Of a stretch of 61,408 nucleotides of DNA, positions 53,000 to 61,408 are shown piece after piece. A program made the position numbers and the translations under genes. The notes under the pieces are model-generated. The model saw only the letters and a program-made list of their open reading frames with translations, was not told the DNA's origin and did not search any database. Origin of the DNA: Girardia tigrina (taxonomy: Eukaryota); assembly GCA_001938485.1 (NCBI GenBank), contig MQRK01180317.1:89499-150906 (forward strand), given 5' to 3'. Within the stretch, counting starts at the first letter, position 1. Each line of letters begins with the position of its first letter.

Positions 53000-53482
53000 C
53001 GAGAGAAATATTTTCTATTGATATTTATTGTATGTTATTTTTAGGAATGTTTCTCTCATCCAGATGAAAAATTGATTTGTGGAATGTTTTGAACTTTCGG
53101 ATTATGCTGACAATTTTACAATGTAAAGAACAACTTTAAAATTAAATTAATATATTTTAATCAATAAATAAATAATTATATTTTAATCAAAATATTAAAA
53201 ATCTATTTGAAAATGAATTTAAATAATTTATTATTGGACTATAACGTAAAAATTTATTTAATCACGAATAATATATTTAAAATGAATTAAAAATATTTTT
53301 TAAGTTATTTAAGTAAAGAACCGTAATTTAAATTTGAACAATAAGAGGTTGAGAAATAAAATAAAAAATTTATCAATCAAGAACGATGTGTAACTATGAC
53401 TGTTTTGTGTAGAATTGTCATAGAGGCAATTCGAGTTGTGATGTCAATAAAAGTATTGGAAAATATGTAAGTGTTCTTAATA
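53000..53482 (+). mobile_element. Solo-LTR-like element (TGTGAGG...TTAATA family), copy 6, diverged
   Basis: TSD GTCCA; shares the TTTCTCTCATCCAGATG core and the GTTCTTAATA end. Confidence 0.78.
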
Positions 53483-54854
53483 GTCCAAAAATACTTTAGC
53501 TGTTTCGAGACAGTGACTTTTCATCAATCCATGTTTGTGAAGGATATCTAAAGTTTAAAAAAACCGATATTTGCTTAATCGATTTTAACTAATTTAGTAT
53601 GTCTCATGTTCATAATTTTCATAGCTTTTTAATTTTAGTTTTTCAAAGTTAGAATTTGGTTTGAAGGCGTTACCTGGTGAGTAACTCAATCTTGATCTGT
53701 ACGTCACGCTTTCTTTTCGAATAGGTCTTTATGTTTGTTTGTTTTAAAGCTGTACAAAGGGGAAACAAAATATCTTTTAAGTATATGCAGGGATGTATGG
53801 AAGGATGAAATGTTTTTACTAATTCTGACTGATGTAACAATTTTAATAAATTATAAAAATTAATCTTAATTCATCGAGATTATTTTATCGTTTTTCACTT
53901 TTATAAATTACTTTGGAAATTGTTTCTATAAAATTTTGTTATTTTACCTTGTGGTAAAACACGTTCAGACGACGTAGAGATGGAAAAGTTGTTTGAAAAA
54001 GAATATAAACTCTCCTAGAAATACTTCTTTTGTTTCTTTTTTAATACTTTCAATTACATTTTAAAATTTCTTCTTTTAAAATAATTAAGTCTAGAAACGA
54101 TTATTATTTTTCAGTTCAAATAATAATATTATTGAAATTTTATTTATTTATTTGTGTTCGCAATATAAATTAAATTTTTAATTTTTTAATGTAAAAAATA
54201 TATAAAAAAATAAAACGTTAATAATTTTCTTGTATTCAAATAAAAGACAAAATGTTTCAAAAGAATATCGATTTATTTTTATTAAACTTAATTTTCAAAT
54301 CGATAAACTCAACTTTCAATTCGATAATGAATATGACTTTGTCAAAAAATTGGAGAGTGAAGAACAAGAAGCGATTGATAGGGCCCGTCGATGTGCCGAT
54401 TTGAATGATCGATCGTCTCACGGAATTAATCAATTCGAGCGTTCTCAATACGAAAGCCGTCCGAATCGTTATCGTTTCCCGATACGACGAAATCAACGCA
54501 AAAGAAACCGACGATTTTCTCTCGAAATTGACTACAATCGAATAAATCAAGCGCCGTCGAATCGAACAAGAAAGTCGCGTGTTTCAATTGATCGTAACGA
54601 CTGCCGAGTTCGGAGAGAAGATCAAATTGGTTTTCGGGAAACTTTCCGACGTGAAATTCGAGAACATCGTCAATGAAAATAGAATCCGATTACAAGGACT
54701 TCGAATAGTTATTTTGGGACAATTGAAAATGAGTGGAAACGATGAATTGACTGATGGAACCAATTCTCAATTGATGATATCACGATTTCTTGATTTCGAT
54801 GTGGAATTTACAGATTTTCTTTGATCTCTTTTTCTTTTTTTTCTTTTTTTTTCG

Positions 54855-54945
54855 ATGGTCAAAGAAACGAAATACTATGATATTCTGGGCGTCGGAACGA
54901 GATCTGAGAGAGGCCTATCGCAAATTGGCATTGAAATATCGATCC
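54855..54945 (+). pseudogene. DnaJA (Hsp40) J-domain N-terminal fragment
   Basis: MVKETKYYDILGV / (deletion, frameshift) DLREAYRKLALKY; breaks at the HPD motif. Confidence 0.8.
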
Positions 54946-54962
54946 GTGTGTGATGTTATCGA

Positions 54963-55116
54963 TTTTCCGTTGATTGGGAGCCTCAAAATCAGACGACTTC
55001 TGATTGGGCGGGAGTTAATCGATTTGTTTGATTTTTGTCTCGAACATTTGATAATTTTTGTAACAATTGAATTCGATTTTGTTTTAATTTATTATTTTTT
55101 TATTCGATTGGCGCGA
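54963..55116. promoter_or_regulatory. Promoter-like cluster (three reverse CCAAT boxes, GC box, E2F-like site)
   Basis: TGATTGGGA, CTGATTGGGCGGGAG, GATTGGCGCG within a CpG-retaining island. Confidence 0.4.
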
Positions 55117-55254
55117 GAAGAAAATTTTATATAGTCGTTGAGTGGCCATTGTTGAATTGTTCTTACGGCCAATTCTTTTTTTAATTGTTTTCTTTTCTTG
55201 AAAAACGAATAAATTTTGTGGTGCAAATCTTTTCTTTTCTTTAAATTGTGGCAG

Positions 55255-55700
55255 ATAATTTAACATCGATTATCGAGAAATCGTGGAATTTGGATAATTG
55301 TTTTTGTTCTACAAAACATTTTCCTAAATTAACAGAAAAAGATCTGATTTCAGTTAAGTCTATTGATTACGATGAAAATAAGATCCAAAAAATTGGAAAT
55401 ATAAATCATCGTCTGAGATTATCGAAACATAATCGGTGACATGATGTGGAGTTCCATCAGCGATTGATAATTAAAGTGGCTTCAGGGGGAAATAAAGAAA
55501 AAGTGCTCGAACTTTTTTTCCACGATATGTTACTCGTCGATCGTGTGGAACTGACAACTCTTTTGATTAATATCTTACTGAAGAGCCTTGTCAATCTTGG
55601 TGACCATAGCGAAGCGGTTTTTGAGATTTTGATAAAAATCAAAGGAAATCAGAATGAGTCCAACTCCATCGACGTATAGCCTGGTGCATCGGTTGGGAAA
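55255..55700 (+). pseudogene. Pentatricopeptide-repeat protein fragment, PTCD1-like
   Basis: ORFs 55248 and 55446 share one frame with one stop: HDVEFHQRLII..KVLELFFHDMLLVDRVE..INILLKSLVNLG..EAVFEI, then shift to PTPSTYSL. This fits PPR periodicity. Confidence 0.55.
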
Positions 55701-55950
55701 ACGTGAGATTCAAATTTTTTACTCTCCCCGACCTGACACTCGCTCCCCGTCGCCGGAGCGCCGCAGCCACAAAACCGCTGCGCCCGCTCTCGTATCACCA
55801 ATTTGTTTTTATCAAAGTATAAAAAATAATAATAAATCTTTTATTAATTCATATTTTAAAATATTCAGTATTTATTTCGTTACTTTTTATTTATTTGTTT
55901 TAGATTTTATAATTAATATTTTATTTTGCTATAAAAACGAATATGTTATA

Positions 55951-57246
55951 CAGGGTGTCCCAAAAATATGTATACACATTAAAAATTTAATTTTATTGAA
56001 TTTTATTGAATTTTATTTATGTTTAACTTTCATTATATTTAATATAAATAGTTTTTTTAACATAAATAGGTTTTTTGTAGATTCAGTCCCTATCATAGGA
56101 ATGGCATGCAGGCTTAACTTCGAAGAAAGAAAATTTATTATGAAATACTATTGGAAATATGAAAATGTACATGAAGTACAAAAACAATTCAGGAAGGAAT
56201 TTAAAAAAGAACCTCCAACGCGATTTACCATCCCTCGAATTAGAGATAAGTTCGAAGTTGATGGAACTATTCACAATGTTCACAAACAGCATGCCGGAAG
56301 ACCCCGAACATCATCAAGTTCAACTGAGGTAGAAAGAGTTCTGGAAATGTTTCAGAAAAATCCGAGAAAGTCTCTACGACAAGTATCTCGTGAGGTTGGA
56401 ATTTCCAAGTCTACTGTCCAGCGCATAATGCAACGTTGTAANNNNNNNNNNNNNNNNNNNNNNNNNNNNNNNNNNNNNNNNNNNNNNNNNNNNNNNNNNN
56501 NNNNNNNNNNNNNNNNNNNNNNNNNNNNNNNNNNNNNNNNNNNNNNNNNNNNNNNNNNNNNNNNNNNNNNNNNNNNNNNNNNNNNNNNNNNNNNNNNNNN
56601 NNNNNNNNNNNNNNNNNNNNNNNNNNNNNNNNNNNNNNNNNNNNNNNNNNNNNNNNNNNNNNNNNNNNNNNNNNNNNNNNNNNNNNNNNNNNNNNNNNNN
56701 NNNNNNNNNNNNNNNNNNNNNNNNNNNNNNNNNNNNNNNNNNNNNNNNNNNNNNNNNNNNNNNNNNNNNNNNNNNNNNNNNNNNNNNNNNNNNNNNNNNN
56801 NNNNNNNNNNNNNNNNNNNNNNNNNNNNNNNNNNNNNNNNNNNNNNNNNNNNNNNNNNNNNNNNNNNNNNNNNNNNNNNNNNNNNNNNNNNNNNNNNNNN
56901 NNNNNNNNNNNNNNNNNNNNNNNNNNNNNNNNNNNNNNNNNNCCTAACACCACTAGATTTTTTCTTATGGGGATACTTAAAAGACAAAGTCTACGCTAAG
57001 AAACCTGCAACAATCGCTGAATTGAGAGAAGCAATTGAACATGAATGCAGCAAAATACCAATGGAAATGTTTGTTGATGTGTGCGATTCCATTGCTTCGC
57101 GTTGTCAGAAGTGTCTGGATCAAGATGGACGTCAGTTTGAGAACAAACTGTGACCAATATAAATAAATATTACTCGTACTTATTTTTACTTTTTTAATCA
57201 ATAAAATTAAATTTTTAATGTGTATACATATTTTTGGGACACCCTG
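55951..57246 (+). mobile_element. Young rosa/Visitor-type Tc1/mariner element; transposase 56101-57153 spans a gap
   Basis: Perfect TIRs CAGGGTGTCCCAAAAATATGTATACACATTAAAAATTTAATTTTATTGA with TA flanks; GRPR HTH region and LTPLDFFLWGYLKDKVY. Confidence 0.95.
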
Positions 57247-58035
57247 TATTGTATAAAGTAAATGATGATGATTACTATTATTGTAAATGTTTAATCCACC
57301 TTTCGTGGAACTCCTTGCCGACGAGCCGATTCATTCAACCAGTTGCCGATTTTACTTATTTTGGTAAAGATTTTATTTGAAAATGATAATAAATTCGATT
57401 TTGGAGAAAATTTGAGGCAGGTAATAAATAGTTTTGAAACCACTGTTTTCTTCTTTCAAAATCAAATGTTTCGAGTGTTTGATGGTTTCATTCGAATGTT
57501 TTTTTAATGCTTTCCGTCATGAAGTCAAAATGAATATAAGAGAACTTTTCACGGTTCAATTGATGAGCTCAAATGCGATACAGGGAATTCAATGTGATCG
57601 AAACAGTGATATGCTTTTCAAAAGTTCCGAACGAGATATCAGACAAAAAGATAATTTACTTTTATTTGAATTATGCTCGATACCGGTGGAAATTTGATTA
57701 TCGGTATTGCTGAATTCAATTGGAAATCTAGAGAATAGCTCCCTCCAAGTAAAACAACACCAAAATACCCCTAAGCAACGTTACTATGCCGTAACTGCAC
57801 ACGCGCTTCTAATATCACCGATAATTATTATTATTGTGCTGCCCGAGAGTACAGCAAAAAACTAATTAAAAAAATCAATAACAACAAATTGCAAGGCAAA
57901 AAACTTTTGTTCTACTGTATAAAAATGAAAATATGAAGGATTTAAAAATTTCGAATGAAATAAAATGTTGTAGAAAAACAAAGAAAGAAAAATTATTATT
58001 ATTGATTGTGCGTTCTTTTTGTCATTCAATTTCAT

Positions 58036-58369
58036 CGTGAAAATGTAGAGTCCGCCGAACCCCACTATTTCACGGCGGGTTGACTCAATCAAGTTGAACT
58101 CAACATCAGTACGTTTCGACCTGGTACACGTTACTTCAGCGACGGGGCAAACCGGTGTTGTGTGAGGGGATTGAAGGTGCTGCTCACCGTTCCGAGCGGT
58201 ACCCATCACTCCGCAATTGGCGATGCACTCCGGAGAACTGACCTTCGAGCTTTCACCGTACGGCATTCCCGCTTGACATCGAGGTGGTTGGCCACCCTTT
58301 TCCTCCGGAGACTTTCTGCACGAAAAAGGAGTGTTGGCCGTCACAGCTCGATCCGATGGCCGCCACTTC
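58036..58369 (-). ncRNA. GC-rich structured RNA candidate with RNase P/MRP-like motifs
   Basis: Long-range helix AGUGGCGG/CCGUCGCU, motif GAAAGUCUCCGG, several hairpins. The P4 partner strand is non-canonical. Confidence 0.3.
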
Positions 58370-59319
58370 AATTATAATTATTGTATTTTTTATTGCTATT
58401 ATAATTAATTTGTTTAAATTCCTAAAAAGATTTAATAAAAAACACTTTTAATTATAAAGCCATATAATAAAATTATAATTACTATTTTTCAAGGAATAGA
58501 GTAAAATTTTAAAATAAAAATTCCTCTCAATTTACCTTAGGTATAACAGTCACAAAATATAATTTCATAATAACTTTCGAGCATAATTAAATTTTTTTAT
58601 AACTCATTCCTCAGACGACTTTTTAATTAAAATTTAATTAAATTAACGGATTTTCGAAATGATATTTCTTAAGATGATTTATATTTTAACACAAAAAAAA
58701 GTCATAATGAAAACACATCAGATTATATTTTATTAATTAAGTAAATATTAAATGAAAACGCTTTTTAATATTCTTTTTTCCCTTTATTCCAAAAGAATGT
58801 TTTGGAGTATTTATTGGCGTTTTTTTCTGTACAAAAAAATTTGTATTACTTGTTCTGGTAAAAAAGGATTTGGTTTCCTTTTTCCGGCTTAACCGATGAA
58901 CTTTCGATTGTATTTTTGTAAAGGACGATTTGATAAAAACTGTTTTAATATTAGCGTGAGGAAACGTTATTGTGAATGGAAGTGGTCTTCTAATGATGTT
59001 AATATTTATTTTGATGGATTTCTGGTTAAGATTATTTATTTATTTTTTGTATAAATATTAAAAAATATACATGAAGCTTTTCAATCCAAATAAGATATAT
59101 ATATATATGATAAATCAACTTATCTGTCTAAACAAAAGAAGTTGCAAATATGTTGACTTATCCATTATATGAATACCAAGCTAATCAACCACTTAGTTTG
59201 ATGAACTTGGTAGTATTTATATAAATAAACTTTATATCAAACTGTATTGTTTTATAATCAACAAACTAACAAATAAAATATATTCCAAAAACTGACCAAA
59301 CGTTAATGAAAATTCAGTA

Positions 59320-59600
59320 ATATACTTTTGGTTAGTAGATGAAAAGACCCCGATAACGATGTGTCTAATAATCGAAGAAACTGACTCTGATTTTTCTTTA
59401 ATCACTGAGTTTACAAAAATTTCGATTCAATCAATGGGTATTTTGTATATCGAGCAATCATGTCAAAATGTAATCTTCGTTCTTCAATTTTGTCAGAGAG
59501 ATGGAGTAATCGTCGAAATAAATAAAAGCAAATTCAGTCACATAAAATTATCAGTCCGTAAAATAATTATGTCTGAACCACGAATTATAATTATTTAATT
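59320..59600 (+). pseudogene. Merlin/IS1595-like transposase remnant
   Basis: GVIVEINKSKF resembles the GxxVEIDESKF motif. Confidence 0.45.
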
Positions 59601-60379
59601 GTGATTGAAGCGATTGATTTTTTAATTTTAAATTCAAATTTTCAATATCGCTATCAACGACCATTAATATTATAATTCATGATTTCCGTAATTAAATAAT
59701 AATTAAAAAAATAATTTAAGAAATAATAAATAAATAATCCAACATAAATAAATAAAAAAATGAATATAAATCTCAACAAACAACATCACCATTGTCAAAT
59801 CAAGTTCAATACATTAATAAAACTGAATACCAAAAATGCATTCATATTGTTGGGGTTCCGAAAAATATAAATAAAAATGTTAAAATCTAATAGAGAAATT
59901 AAAAAAAATACTCTGGTGAAAATTAATAAATTTTTGATTATCATAATAGTTATTGTAATAAAATTTGTAGAATATTTATAAATATTTTGAGATTTGATTT
60001 AGTTATTCAATTTTCAAGGTTAGAAAAACTAGTATATAAACAATAATTATTTCAGTATTATTCACAACAAAAGTTTCGGACAAAAATGATATTTGCTGAC
60101 CCTATTAAAGTTTTAAATTTCATTATGATTTACGGTAATCTTTTTCATTTAATTTTTGTTAACAAATCTAGTATCATGTAAAGGAGAAAGATTAAAGTGT
60201 AATTTTCAGATATTGCTCGGTCTAAATCAATATTGGTTTGTGTTGATTGAGTGTGCTTCAAACAATTGATTTAGCGATAAAGTTTCGATTTAAGTTTTGT
60301 GCTAAAGTTGTCTTTTACAAATAATGTTTACTAAAAGATTTGTGTTCATTCTTCATATATTATTGTTGGAAAAACCTTT

Positions 60380-61019
60380 TGGTTGATTTGGAGTCAGATT
60401 AGCAATTTAATATAAACAAAGATATAAACGAGTTTTAATTGTAATACCCAACAATATTCACATAACAATAAAAAAATTATAATATATAAATGAGGAGAGT
60501 AATACCAAATTAAAAAATGATTTAAAAAGATCACTGAAAATTATTTGTTAAAAAATAGTAAAATTAAATTAAATGAGGAAAAAATAGTAAAATGTTTATG
60601 AAAGAAAAGCAATGAGATATGTGTTTCGAAATTTGACAAAGGTAAAGGAGTATATATTCAAAATAAATCTGAATACATTGATAAAGTGTTCCAGTTGATA
60701 AAAAATGACAAGTTTTCCAAAATTAAATTGTATAAAAACAGTATTCCAATCCTTTGAAAAACGAAAAACAATTAAATGATTTAGTAAACTCATTAATTAC
60801 GAGTAAAGATTTAAATTCAACATTTAAAAAGGAATTTTTAAGCCAAGGGGATCAACCAGCAAAATTATATGGGTTACCCAAAATTCATAAAGATGGAATC
60901 ACAAAGCGTCTAGTTCTTTCAATAAGTACAGCACAATATAATGTTGTTCAAACTTTGGAAAGATTATTGAAGTCATTAATTAATAACCCCATAGAATGTA
61001 AAGATAGTTTGAGTTTGTG

Positions 61020-61022
<3 letters not shown>
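60380..61022 (+). pseudogene. Penelope-type RT N-terminal fragment
   Basis: KFDKGKGV, PAKLYGLPKIHKDG..RLVLS..YNV..LERLLK. Confidence 0.85.
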
Positions 61023-61059
<37 letters not shown>

Positions 61060-61109
61060 NNNNNNNNNNNNNNNNNNNNNNNNNNNNNNNNNNNNNNNNN
61101 NNNNNNNNN

Positions 61110-61400
61110 TTCCTGATAAATTTGGGAACTGGCTGAATTCCCCTCGTCCAAAGTTTCGTTTGTACAGAAGAAGTTTTGTCAGAAATGCAGAAATAACAGA
61201 TTTTGTTTTTATTAAATTCACAGCATCATCTTGAAGCTGAAGATTGCTTTAATTAAATTTTTGAAACAAGTCTGTCAAGTAAGCGATGTCACTTTTGGAA
61301 TGAATTAAATTGGATCGTAAAGCATAATTTTTATCTTTCAAGAACTTTAGCACTGAGTTAAACAGTTTATAAAACCTATCTAAACAGGCACCCTTTAATC
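61110..61400 (-). pseudogene. hAT Buster/Charlie-type transposase fragment
   Basis: KGACLDRFYKLF..DIAYLTDLFQKFN*SNLQLQ..NLIKTKSVISAF..FSQFPNL. Confidence 0.85.
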
Positions 61401-61408
61401 TTTGTTGA

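Noticed and set aside
55654-56100. N-terminal extension of the 499-aa ORF
   Set aside because: Chance read-through across flank and TIR; the transposase starts at ATG 56101, and the length is inflated by Ns.
58095-58140. Hammerhead (CUGAAGU...GAAAC) on the minus strand
   Set aside because: The core is not CUGANGA and stem II does not pair.

Overview
This is a very AT-rich eukaryotic (probably invertebrate animal) scaffold with assembly gaps, made almost entirely of nested and decaying transposable elements. These include Tc1, mariner and rosa/Visitor-type IS630-Tc1-mariner elements, hAT, MULE-like and pogo-like MITEs, and a Merlin remnant. There are many Penelope-like fragments with minimal hammerhead ribozymes, one near-complete Gypsy LTR retrotransposon, one non-autonomous LTR element, a six-copy solo-LTR-like family and a 5S-rRNA-derived SINE. 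I recognise no intact host gene, only fragments (DnaJA J-domain start, a PPR/PTCD1-like piece, one unidentified exon). The most striking observation is in the Gypsy element at 41277-45539. It lacks a normal TGG-type primer-binding site. Instead, the 12 nt directly after its 5' LTR (AGCTATCCGGGC) are the exact reverse complement of the 5'-terminal 12 nt of metazoan tRNA-Lys(UUU), suggesting priming of reverse transcription by a short 5' tRNA fragment. All calls were made by eye; no database searches were run.
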